The notes under the pieces: generated by a model
What the model was told of the DNA's origin: nothing
The model's database searches: none
The model's input: the letters and a program-made list of their open reading frames with translations, nothing else
In this document: positions 29,025 through 37,698 of the stretch, piece after piece
How the letters are laid out: every line of letters starts with the position of its first letter
How positions within the stretch are numbered: the stretch's first letter is position 1
NCBI GenBank assembly: GCA_040757555.1
Contig: JBFLWN010000001.1
Coordinates: forward strand, 53,128 to 117,127
Direction of reading: 5' to 3'
Length of the DNA stretch: 64,000 nucleotides
Source of the DNA: Patescibacteria group bacterium
GTDB taxonomy: Bacteria; Patescibacteriota; Minisyncoccia; UBA6257; GWB1-50-10
Position numbers and translations under genes: made by a program

Positions 29025-30386
29025 TTACTGAAGGGGAATGTAATTCACCTTTATATAATCAATTGCGTTTCCACTATCACTCCCAAGCCAATATACACAA
29101 ACATTCATATTTGGAACGCCAATTCTATTGGTATTATCCCGTTTGAACATCGTATAATCCCTCCCAGAAATTCCACTTAAACTATCAGATATTTGAAAAC
29201 GCGTTGCGTTTCCACTGCTCCCTCCCCCAACGTTTACATCAAAAGAAGTCGCGATACCCTTCACCCCAAGATCCTTACAAACTATCGGAATATTAAAATG
29301 AGCAACAATACCACTTGTCTCCACTGATTTTGTGGTTGAAAAATCAAACTTATTCACCTTCAATATTCCCACTGAAAGGACTGAAGTATTGTCCCCTGGA
29401 ACAAGTTGTGTCCTATATTCAAATTCTTTTATCATCACCGTCGCCTTTGGTGTTGCATCGATACATCCGGTAGGACTATCTTCTCCATTTTTTATTGTCT
29501 TACCATCGCAACACAAATCTTCATAAAGAAAATAATTATATCCCAAAGGACTTTTTGCGGGACACGTGTATGAATAATCCTCTGACACATCATATTTCAC
29601 ATCTCCAACGCTTGGACTTTCGTTCTCGAATTTTGAATAGAAGCTTTTTGGACAATCTCGGCTAACCGTACTCGTGTCACATCCCATTCTTTTCTCAGGA
29701 GGAAATGTCTTTTTTTCCTCTGCTGCTTTCACGGTTTTTGTAAAAAGAGCAAAATTCTTTTGTTCTTCCTTTGATGCTTGATGTACGTCTGTTTTCACAA
29801 ACCATCCAGAAGTAAATGGAGCAATAGTCACATTTCCATCGGCATATTGAACACCATCAGCCGTCTTTGTCCAAAGTGATTCTCCACCCCCTCCGATATC
29901 CTTCCAACTTGTCCCATCATAAAGTTTCACTCCTTTTTTAACCTCATCATAATAAATCATTCCAGAGTCTCCCGACGTTACTGATGTTGAAACAGATTTT
30001 GGGAGAATAAAACCTTTTGTATTGACAGTGAGGGCCCCAGTTGAAAAAATATTCATATTTCCAGTGGCAGTTTTTGGTAAAATAAACGCGGTATCGGTTC
30101 CAACCCATCTTCCATCCGGAATTTTTATCACACTACCAACACCATTGATTTCGATACCGTTCTGAATTGCTTTTCCATCAAGTTGCAGCGAACCAGATCG
30201 AACCACTGGCTTATTCAACCCTAAGTCCGGTCCACTATCAATCGGTGGATACACCGTTCCACCAGGAAATGGCGCGGTCGGCGCGGTCCACCCCGCTTGT
30301 ATTATTTGCACCGAAACAAAAAGTAGTGCGAGGGCAAACACGACTCCCGAAATAAAAATAAGTTTATTTTTGAGTTCCTTTTTCAT
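29025..30386 (-). CDS. Secreted/surface hypothetical protein (CPR WTAP..PP N-terminus)
   Basis: Signal peptide, AGWTAPTAPFPGG motif, GMIYYD..YDGTSW motif, Cys-containing C-terminal part. Confidence 0.7.
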   Translation of the reverse strand: MKKELKNKLIFISGVVFALALLFVSVQIIQAGWTAPTAPFPGGTVYPPIDSGPDLGLNKPVVRSGSLQLDGKAIQNGIEINGVGSVIKIPDGRWVGTDTAFILPKTATGNMNIFSTGALTVNTKGFILPKSVSTSVTSGDSGMIYYDEVKKGVKLYDGTSWKDIGGGGESLWTKTADGVQYADGNVTIAPFTSGWFVKTDVHQASKEEQKNFALFTKTVKAAEEKKTFPPEKRMGCDTSTVSRDCPKSFYSKFENESPSVGDVKYDVSEDYSYTCPAKSPLGYNYFLYEDLCCDGKTIKNGEDSPTGCIDATPKATVMIKEFEYRTQLVPGDNTSVLSVGILKVNKFDFSTTKSVETSGIVAHFNIPIVCKDLGVKGIATSFDVNVGGGSSGNATRFQISDSLSGISGRDYTMFKRDNTNRIGVPNMNVCVYWLGSDSGNAIDYIKVNYIPLQ

Positions 30387-30536
30387 AAGTATATTATAGC
30401 AAATCAACTAGTAACCGGTAACCAGTAATTGGTAACAGCGAAGAAAAAATCCCATATATTTCACGTTAAAGTTATTAATATATGTGGATGCATTATTATT
30501 ACTTTCTAGTCACTTTTTATCAGTTACCACCAAGGG

Positions 30537-30648
30537 CTTGACAAAATATGGTAAAACTTGATTTTTGGGGAGGAGTGTGCTATAATACAAACAGTAAAGA
30601 ATTAGATAACTAATTCAAATTTAAAACAAATCGACTACGAGGAGGTGA
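30537..30648 (+). promoter_or_regulatory. Repeated promoter/leader module, copy 3 (inverted, diverged)
   Basis: cttgacaa..tggtaaaacttgatttt..ggagtgtgctataatacaaacagtaaagaattagataactaattc followed by an AGGAGGTG SD. Confidence 0.75.
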
Positions 30649-30653
30649 AAACA

Positions 30654-30749
30654 ATGTTTGCGATATATGTCGATAAGCCGGGACCCCATCCGGGACCGAA
30701 AGGACCGGGAAAACCGAATCCAAAACCACCCGGACCAAAGCCGAAATAA
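30654..30749 (+). CDS. Unannotated 31-aa Pro/Gly/Lys-rich peptide MFAIYVDKPGPHPGPKGPGKPNPKPPGPKPK
   Basis: Strong SD and consensus promoter directly upstream; below the ORF-track length cutoff. Confidence 0.7.
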   Translation: MFAIYVDKPGPHPGPKGPGKPNPKPPGPKPK

Positions 30750-30755
30750 CATGAT

Positions 30756-31322
30756 ATGATAAAGAGGTATTTTAAATACCTCTTTTGTTTTATGAAAAAA
30801 CAAGTTTATGTTTTTAGAAAATATAGTGGGATAGAAATTGGAGCAAAGAATGAAGAAGAAATAGCGCGGATTAAAAAGGCTTTGCAATTTGTACGAACAC
30901 GGGGGAAAAAATTTTTTATTCCAATACAATTTCTCAAGTCAATTCTTGTGCGTCCCAAGGGGAAATATAATAATCTTCTCTTTCCGAGGGAGGGGGTATA
31001 TGTATGTGAACCCGGAACGATAAATGAATCTTCAAAATCATATCTCGGTTCGCTTTTTGTACACGAGGGAACACACATGAAGCAGTACATCTGGAAAAGA
31101 AAATACAAGGGGAATGGTGCTGAACAGGAGGCATACATGACTCAGAGGAAATTTCTTAAAATTCACGGATCAAAAGATGAAGTTGAGTGGCTCGATTCAA
31201 TGTTTAAAGATAAGTGGTGGGTGAAAAAGAAAATGGAAAAAGGCAAAAAAAATATAATGCGAGATACAGATAAAAAACTCATTCAGTTTTGTGCCAAATA
31301 CATAAATGGGAAATTAAAGTGA
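30756..31322 (+). CDS. HExxH metalloprotein (putative zinc peptidase)
   Basis: LFVHEGTH..AEQEAY. Confidence 0.6.
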   Translation: MIKRYFKYLFCFMKKQVYVFRKYSGIEIGAKNEEEIARIKKALQFVRTRGKKFFIPIQFLKSILVRPKGKYNNLLFPREGVYVCEPGTINESSKSYLGSLFVHEGTHMKQYIWKRKYKGNGAEQEAYMTQRKFLKIHGSKDEVEWLDSMFKDKWWVKKKMEKGKKNIMRDTDKKLIQFCAKYINGKLK

Positions 31323-31400
31323 AATTCAGTTACGTGGGTAGTTTTTCGAAAAGAAGTGGAGTAACAAACAAAAAGAGCCTCGTGTTTTTACAAGGCTCTT

Positions 31401-32282
31401 TTATTTTACTAATAGCATCTTTTTTGTTTCCGAGAAGTTTCCTGCTCGGAGAACATAAAAGTATGTACCACTCGCTAGTCCGCCTTGGGCGGAGGAAAGT
31501 TTTGATCCATTGAATTGAATCTCATACTTACCAGGAAATTTTTCTTCGTTCACTAGAATTGCAACTTCCCTTCCAAGTATGTCATAGACAACAAGTTTTA
31601 CATTCATAATACTTGATACCTCATACTTAATACTTGTTGTGGGGTTGGATGGATTTGGATAGTTTTGGAAGAGTTTGAAAGAATTGGGAAGAGTTGGTTC
31701 TTTTTCGACGGGGACCGTAGTGTCTTCGAAGTCGTCGATCACAAGGCGCGGATTTTGACCTTCTGCGGGGAAAAATAAATAATCAAGAAGGATTTCAAAA
31801 TTATCTGCCCCGTAGAAAACAAACTCTATTTTTACTCTGTCAAATGAATCAGGGACCTTATCAATGAAAAGATTGAATGGATAAAAGAATCCTTGTCCAG
31901 ATCCAAGTATAAGCAATGCAGATGTTGGAATAGAATATCCTGTTTCGTTTCCGAAAGAGATAAACGCATATGTATACCCACTTGGACTCATTTTTTTTGT
32001 GTATAAATCAATCCATCCCTCTTTTCTTGAAAGTTTCTGAAATGTTTGAGAATATTTCTTTTCCCATGTAATTGATGAATTACTACCTAGCACCCCTATA
32101 AAAGACTGAGAATGACTTCCGTGAGTCGCGGTATCTGTTACCACCCTACTACATGCTTTTGTAACAGTTCCGGTAGTTCCAACAACCTTCCATCCCCCAA
32201 CAGTCTGGTTTGATATCTGTCCACTCAAAACGAGTGGAACGAAGAAAATAAGAACTGCGAGAAAAAGCTTTACTGCTTTCAT
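31401..32282 (-). CDS. Secreted protein with T9SS type A sorting C-terminal domain, paralog 2
   Basis: Signal peptide and FKLFQNYPNPSNPTT..KKMLLVK. Confidence 0.9.
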   Translation of the reverse strand: MKAVKLFLAVLIFFVPLVLSGQISNQTVGGWKVVGTTGTVTKACSRVVTDTATHGSHSQSFIGVLGSNSSITWEKKYSQTFQKLSRKEGWIDLYTKKMSPSGYTYAFISFGNETGYSIPTSALLILGSGQGFFYPFNLFIDKVPDSFDRVKIEFVFYGADNFEILLDYLFFPAEGQNPRLVIDDFEDTTVPVEKEPTLPNSFKLFQNYPNPSNPTTSIKYEVSSIMNVKLVVYDILGREVAILVNEEKFPGKYEIQFNGSKLSSAQGGLASGTYFYVLRAGNFSETKKMLLVK

Positions 32283-32395
32283 TTTCCACCTCGTTTTTGT
32301 TGTTATTAATTGAATTGGGTATCCAATTCTTTACTGTTTGTATTATAGCACACTCCCCTAGAAAAATCAAGTTTTACCACGTCTTGTCAAGTCCT
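32278..32395 (-). promoter_or_regulatory. Repeated promoter/leader module, copy 2
   Basis: 118-bp near-identical copy of 28731-28848. Confidence 0.8.
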
Positions 32396-32476
32396 CTAAT
32401 AAAACTGGAAGATATGGACATTTTCTAGAAAAAATTGTATTCTATTAAATAGAAATCTTAAAAAGGGAATATTGCC

Positions 32477-33766
32477 ATGTACAAGAAATTAAGCGCACCG
32501 CTAGTGGTGCAGGTAGAACTCACGGAAGGTTGTCCAAACAACTGCCTACACTGTTATAACTTTTGGAGAAAGGAGAAAAAAATTAAAGCAAAGTATCTTT
32601 CTCAAAAACATACCGAAGAGATTATAGAAAAACTCGCCCAACGCAAAATATTTCACATAATATTTACCGGCGGAGAACCCCTCTTAAACAAGAAAAGTCT
32701 TTTTTCCGGAATTGAAAAGTGTAACAACGCGGGAATAAGTGTTGGTATTAATTCCAGTCTTATTCCGATATCAAACATCGATGCACAAAAAATGAAGGAA
32801 ATGGGAATTTCATTAGTCCTCACCTCTCTTATGGGGCCAAATGCCGAAATACACGATGCAATTGCCCAAAGAGAAGGTTCTTTCCATGAAACAGTGCGAG
32901 GAATAAAAATTCTTCAAAATGTTGGTGTCCCTGTTGACGCAAATATTGTGATCTCAAAAAAGAATTTTTCCTATCTTCGAGAAATAGTACATCTAGCAAA
33001 AGAATTGGGGTTTAGGCATGTAAATTCAACACGTGCTGGATGTCCTGGGAATTGTTTAGATTTTTCTGATCTCTCGTTAACTACCGAAGAATTCAGAAAA
33101 TATCTTGATACTCTTTATGTGTCGGGGCAAGAAGAGGGAATACCGACAAGTGTCTTAGAAAGTTATCCTCTCTGTGGAATAAAAGACGCCGACGTATATC
33201 ACGCGTTCACAGGAAGACGATGCCTCGCCGGTATTACTTCGATGACTATTTCTCCAGAAGGGTTTGTGCGTCCATGTTCTCACTTTGATCAAAGTTATGG
33301 AAATTTAATCACAGAAGACCTCACAACAATCTGGGATAGAATGGAAGAGTGGCGAAACGGAAGCCTTATTCCTGAAACTTGTCGCTCGTGTAAAGCACTC
33401 GCTTTTTGCGGGGGAGGATGCCGCATGGAGGCAAAAATGATAAACGGTTCAATAAATGCGATCGATCCTTATGCCGTTCCCGAAGACGCGGAATATGCAC
33501 TATCGCGACTTCTCTCAATGGAAAAGAATAATACCCCCATGCCAAATTCATTCAGGGTAAATCCAAAGGTGAAGATGAGAAAGGAGGATTTTGGAGGAAT
33601 TGTCTTTACGGGAACACGTCTCTCTTGTTATCTCAATAAGGACTCGTTTGGATGGTTAGAAAAACTCGACAGAAAAAAGATATATTCAATTGATGATTTT
33701 TCTACCATGCCGAATACGTTCTTTACATTCCTACAAAAGTTATATAATAAGAATGCGTTAATTTAA
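32477..33766 (+). CDS. Radical SAM/SPASM peptide maturase with probable C-terminal PqqD-like RRE
   Basis: CPNNCLHC, FTGGEP, SPASM Cys pattern C..PC..CRSC..FCGGGC, C-terminal KMRKEDFGGIVF..YLN segment. Confidence 0.9.
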   Translation: MYKKLSAPLVVQVELTEGCPNNCLHCYNFWRKEKKIKAKYLSQKHTEEIIEKLAQRKIFHIIFTGGEPLLNKKSLFSGIEKCNNAGISVGINSSLIPISNIDAQKMKEMGISLVLTSLMGPNAEIHDAIAQREGSFHETVRGIKILQNVGVPVDANIVISKKNFSYLREIVHLAKELGFRHVNSTRAGCPGNCLDFSDLSLTTEEFRKYLDTLYVSGQEEGIPTSVLESYPLCGIKDADVYHAFTGRRCLAGITSMTISPEGFVRPCSHFDQSYGNLITEDLTTIWDRMEEWRNGSLIPETCRSCKALAFCGGGCRMEAKMINGSINAIDPYAVPEDAEYALSRLLSMEKNNTPMPNSFRVNPKVKMRKEDFGGIVFTGTRLSCYLNKDSFGWLEKLDRKKIYSIDDFSTMPNTFFTFLQKLYNKNALI

Positions 33767-33800
33767 CAATCTTATCGTCCGCCAAAAGGAGGTGAGTAAT

Positions 33801-33950
33801 ATGAAACCCGCGGAAGAATTAAAATTCGGATTTGAAACAATACTCGAAGATAATGTTCAATCGATAGATGGAACAGAAAACTTTTCCGATTGTGATTGCT
33901 ATGACTGTGATTTCAATTGCGAAGAGTGTGATACAGATCACTTCGCGTAA
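33801..33950 (+). CDS. Unannotated 49-aa Cys/Asp-rich RiPP precursor candidate
   Basis: AAGGAGGTGA SD; MKPAEELKFGFETILEDNVQSIDGTENFSDCDCYDCDFNCEECDTDHFA; followed by a terminator. Confidence 0.82.
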   Translation: MKPAEELKFGFETILEDNVQSIDGTENFSDCDCYDCDFNCEECDTDHFA

Positions 33951-33957
33951 TTAATAT

Positions 33958-33982
33958 AAAAGCGGGATTATTCCCGCTTTTT
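33958..33982. terminator. Intrinsic terminator after the precursor peptide
   Basis: aaaagcggga-ttat-tcccgctttt. Confidence 0.8.
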
Positions 33983-34829
33983 ACATTATATGTATCGATT
34001 TTTTGTAGAGAAAAAAATCTTTTTTTCTCTCAAATATCCCCTTTCCATATTTATCCCAAAGTAATTTCTTCTTTATAAACTCTTTTTCAGAGCCGTGACA
34101 CTGAAGTACCAACTCTGTGAGGAATATATCAAAATTCGTTTTATTTCTATATTTCCTCCTCACGAAAGATAAAAATAACTCCTCCTTTTTCTCTTTTTTT
34201 ATAAAAATATCTCGTATCTCCGGATTACCCATATATTCCCCCAACCCAAGCGTAGATTTTAATGGCTCTTCATTAAAAAGTGCCGCCGTAAGTGTTTCTT
34301 TTAAATAATGTTCTGACTCTTTTGAAAGTTTTATTTTCTTCTTTTTCTCAATCATTCTCACTTTTTCAAAGAAAATAAAATGTGAGATCTCGTGTATCGC
34401 CGTAGAAAGTGGGTGATAAAAATCATGTCTCCCAAAAAGAGGATTAAGTATCGAAAAGAAAAATTTATCTTTTCCAAACGGAGAAAAAGGAAGTATGGTA
34501 GGAAATGCAATATATTTTTTCCGCTTTTTCCACTGATAATCCATTGCACCTCCAAGCGCCACAAGAGCTTTTTCTTGTTTTTTTTCAACTTCCTTTTTTG
34601 TACTCCCAATAATGGGTCTTATTTTTTTCTTATATTTTTTATAGAACTCATCCCTAAAGAAAATAATTCCCCTCTTCTCACTTTTTGATTTTTTTATATA
34701 TACACCGAGAGATGGAAATGCCCGAATTATAATTTCCCTATGTTGGGGAAAATCAGGATGGTTTAAAAATCTCTGAAAGAGTTTTATTTCTTCAGGATTT
34801 TTCTCTTTTACAATGATTTTTGCGAGCAT
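33981..34829 (-). CDS. HExxH putative zinc metallopeptidase
   Basis: AIHEISHF..YLKE (third ligand spacing). Confidence 0.6.
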   Translation of the reverse strand: MLAKIIVKEKNPEEIKLFQRFLNHPDFPQHREIIIRAFPSLGVYIKKSKSEKRGIIFFRDEFYKKYKKKIRPIIGSTKKEVEKKQEKALVALGGAMDYQWKKRKKYIAFPTILPFSPFGKDKFFFSILNPLFGRHDFYHPLSTAIHEISHFIFFEKVRMIEKKKKIKLSKESEHYLKETLTAALFNEEPLKSTLGLGEYMGNPEIRDIFIKKEKKEELFLSFVRRKYRNKTNFDIFLTELVLQCHGSEKEFIKKKLLWDKYGKGIFERKKDFFLYKKSIHIM

Positions 34830-34899
34830 ATGTTTATATTATCATCAAAAAAGATACGTCACCACCTTACCAATCTTATTAATGCTATATAATAAATCT

Positions 34900-35694
34900 G
34901 TGAAAATAAGAGTAAACGAAAAATACACAAGACTGGCTATCGGAATATTCACATTATTAAATAGGCTTGGATATAATGACGAGAATCGCACGCGGGGAAT
35001 GTCCACCGAAAGAATTTTTGTTAGGAAATTAATTTCGAAAAACGACTGGGCAAAAAAATATCCGGCGCTTAGGGAAGCACGAAAATGTGATCCTTATTGG
35101 CTCCTTTTTGGTATTGCCAAATTTGGAGAGAAAAATGCGTTCCATAAAACTTTTTCGGAAGATCTCAAAAGATTCCTAAAAGAACCGCTGGTCAAAAGAA
35201 TACAAGAAACACTCGGAAGAAAAAACACAAAAGAATTGAAAAAGATCATCCCCAAACTCCAGAATGAATATTCAAAAATAGAGAAAATGTTCCGCGTTTC
35301 CCCCAACATAAAAAAAATATATGTAACTCTGAACCCACTCGATGCATACTGGCGCGGATATTGCCCCATAGTGAATAAAACGATGTTTATCACCATCGGA
35401 CCCGGAGAAAAAAATAAAATCATCGAAGTATTTCGCCACGAGCTACTTCACCTCTTTGCGTCACACTTCAATGTATCGGCAAAAATAGATTTTTCACATA
35501 AGAAAAATAAATCGTTAGAAAAACTAGGATATAAAGGAAAAAAGATTCTCAACAACGAATACGCGGTTCGGGGACTTTCCCTAATTTACGAAAAGAAGAT
35601 ACAAAAAAAGAATATAGACAAAAAAATTCTCTCTGAAGAAAAAACATTCCCAAATATCCGAGAAGTGATAAGTCTCCTTGAAGCAAGAATATAA
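34900..35694 (+). CDS. HExxH putative zinc metallopeptidase (DUF4932-like)
   Basis: FRHELLHL..NEYAVR; start uncertain. Confidence 0.55.
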   Translation: MKIRVNEKYTRLAIGIFTLLNRLGYNDENRTRGMSTERIFVRKLISKNDWAKKYPALREARKCDPYWLLFGIAKFGEKNAFHKTFSEDLKRFLKEPLVKRIQETLGRKNTKELKKIIPKLQNEYSKIEKMFRVSPNIKKIYVTLNPLDAYWRGYCPIVNKTMFITIGPGEKNKIIEVFRHELLHLFASHFNVSAKIDFSHKKNKSLEKLGYKGKKILNNEYAVRGLSLIYEKKIQKKNIDKKILSEEKTFPNIREVISLLEARI

Positions 35695-35715
35695 CACAAT
35701 CTAGCCGAACGATAC

Positions 35716-36267
35716 TTATTTGTTATTTTTGTATTCTTTCTCTTTTCTCTTCGTAAATTCTCTGAGTTCTTTGTCGCTCATAATTTTTATCCCAAGTTCT
35801 TCCGCAATGGAAAGTATTTTTTTCTCCGCAAACTGTTTTTTGTTTTTATCATGTATCACCACTTCAAGTTCAAGATGATATCCCCACAATTCACTCCACT
35901 TTAAAGCGAGCTCAACGCCCTTATATAAATAATTATGTCTCTTTTGAAATGAATGCATAAAATCACCCCGATGAAGCGCCACAAACATTTTTGCGGTTTT
36001 CTCAAAGTCACTCTGATTTATAGGAACCTCGATTTCTTCAAAATCACTTCCTTTTCCAATTTTGGTTAGTTTTAAAACTATCTTTACCGTCTTTTTTGAA
36101 ACATTATTTACCACCTTCAAAAGCTTGTCTGGAAACAGGAAAAAATAAACATCCTTATCGTCCTCCCCGAGATCTCTCGCATATATACTGAGAAACTTCT
36201 TAAGTTCTTTATATTTTTTGACATCAAAGCGCGAACGAAACTCGATTTCAATATTCTTCTTCTGCAT
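35716..36267 (-). CDS. CYTH domain protein
   Basis: N-terminal EIEFR (ExExK-like), EEIE and LELE motifs. Confidence 0.75.
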   Translation of the reverse strand: MQKKNIEIEFRSRFDVKKYKELKKFLSIYARDLGEDDKDVYFFLFPDKLLKVVNNVSKKTVKIVLKLTKIGKGSDFEEIEVPINQSDFEKTAKMFVALHRGDFMHSFQKRHNYLYKGVELALKWSELWGYHLELEVVIHDKNKKQFAEKKILSIAEELGIKIMSDKELREFTKRKEKEYKNNK

Positions 36268-36328
36268 GCTATAACTTTGCAAAATAAAACTAGATAAATC
36301 AAATATCCCTATGTGGTATAATGAATTT

Positions 36329-36796
36329 ATGAACAAAAACATTCTTATTCTTTCTCTTGTTGTCGCACTCATTGTCGGAGGTGTTGTTGGATATTACATT
36401 GGAATAGGAAAGGGAGAGGCAACACAAAATGAAAAACTTGGTGGACTTGTCGATCTTGTTTTTCCAAAACCACCCGAAATGATTCGTTCGGCCTCGGGGA
36501 TTATCACTGCGATAAACGGCGGGTCACTTTCGCTTGAAATTGGTGATCCAGACGATTATCTCCCCCACACCGATGGCACCACACAAAAGAAAATTGTACG
36601 CACCGCCACAATCACTCCCACCACAAAAATTCTTTCTATAGACTCGACTCAGATTGATGTACAAGGAAATCCAAAAATCACCGAACTTCAGGCGACCGAT
36701 CTAAAAGTTGGTGACGCGGTAACCGTTCGCACCGAAAAGAATGTCCGCACCGAAACATCATTTGATGCACAGCAGATTGAGATAGTGAAGTATTAG
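36329..36796 (+). CDS. Membrane-anchored hypothetical protein (DUF5666-like)
   Basis: TM segment, GIITAI and DLKVGDAVTV motifs. Confidence 0.6.
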   Translation: MNKNILILSLVVALIVGGVVGYYIGIGKGEATQNEKLGGLVDLVFPKPPEMIRSASGIITAINGGSLSLEIGDPDDYLPHTDGTTQKKIVRTATITPTTKILSIDSTQIDVQGNPKITELQATDLKVGDAVTVRTEKNVRTETSFDAQQIEIVKY

Positions 36797-36955
36797 GAAT
36801 ACAAATAGACACAAATCGAGACCCCCACCAAAATGGGGGTTTTGTTTTATAACACTATATAACCGATCGATATTCAAATGTTATATTTCCACAGTAACTC
36901 CCTACTCTGGAAATAACATGAAATTTTTTATATAATACTCCCGTATCTAAATATC

Positions 36956-37540
36956 ATGAACCTTATACCTACAGTCATAGAAAAATCACCATACGGAGAA
37001 CGAGCATATGATATTTACTCTCGTCTCCTGAAAGAACGTATCATCTTTTTGGGCGGACCAATTGATGATCATGTCGCAAACAGCGTCATTGCCCAATTAC
37101 TTCTCCTTGATCACGAAGATCCAAAGAAGGACATTAAGTTATATTTGAATACTCCCGGAGGATCGGTAACTTCCGGACTTGCCATCTACGACACCATGCA
37201 ACATGTGAAAGCTCCGGTTTCAACAATTTGTGTGGGTATCGCCGCATCAATGGGTGCAGTGCTTCTCGCAGCGGGACAAAAAGGAAAACGCTACGTGCTT
37301 CCTAACGCCGAAATCATGCTCCATCAAATTATGGGGGGGGTGGAAGGACAGGCGATCGAAATAGAGATTACCGCACGACATATTCTCAAACTAAAAGAAC
37401 GCTTGAACCAAATCCTTGTGAAACACACTGGGCAGAAAATGGATAAAATAGAACGAGATACCGATAGAGATTATTGGCTCACTCCGCAAGAAGCAAAAGA
37501 CTACGGATTGGTTGACGAAGTGTTAAAAACAAAGAAATAG
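36956..37540 (+). CDS. clpP: ATP-dependent Clp protease proteolytic subunit
   Basis: [28 protein letters not shown]. Confidence 0.97.
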   Translation: MNLIPTVIEKSPYGERAYDIYSRLLKERIIFLGGPIDDHVANSVIAQLLLLDHEDPKKDIKLYLNTPGGSVTSGLAIYDTMQHVKAPVSTICVGIAASMGAVLLAAGQKGKRYVLPNAEIMLHQIMGGVEGQAIEIEITARHILKLKERLNQILVKHTGQKMDKIERDTDRDYWLTPQEAKDYGLVDEVLKTKK

Positions 37541-37551
37541 AAAATTTATAT

Positions 37552-37589
37552 CATAACAAAACCGTCACGATCGTGACGGTTTTGTTATG
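37552..37589. terminator. Long hairpin after clpP
   Basis: cataacaaaaccgtcacgatcgtgacggttttgttatg palindrome. Confidence 0.65.
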
Positions 37590-37698
37590 GCCCCCTTTTT
37601 ACAACGGCGTGTGGTGAGTGACACGGGAAAAAATCATTCATCTGGAATTCCAATCGATGCAATGTTACTATAAAATCAAATAAACAAACAACTCCTCT

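Noticed and set aside
30621-30929. Minus-strand 102-aa ORF over the PGK peptide
   Set aside because: The plus strand has the promoter, SD and in-line HExxH gene, so the minus ORF is a shadow.
27842-32282. Diversity-generating retroelement (TR/VR) explanation for the duplicated CTD regions
   Set aside because: No reverse transcriptase is in the window, both copies are intact coding sequence and the differences are not restricted to adenines.
32477-33766. Annotating the rSAM gene as pqqE, mftC or an anaerobic sulfatase maturase
   Set aside because: No pqq, mft or sulfatase genes are nearby, and the adjacent peptide lacks the PqqA ExxxY and MftA IDGxCGVY cores.
37590-37698. Possible T-box leader upstream of tyrS
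   Set aside because: Too short, with no AAGGTGGTACC-like T-box consensus or specifier stem visible.
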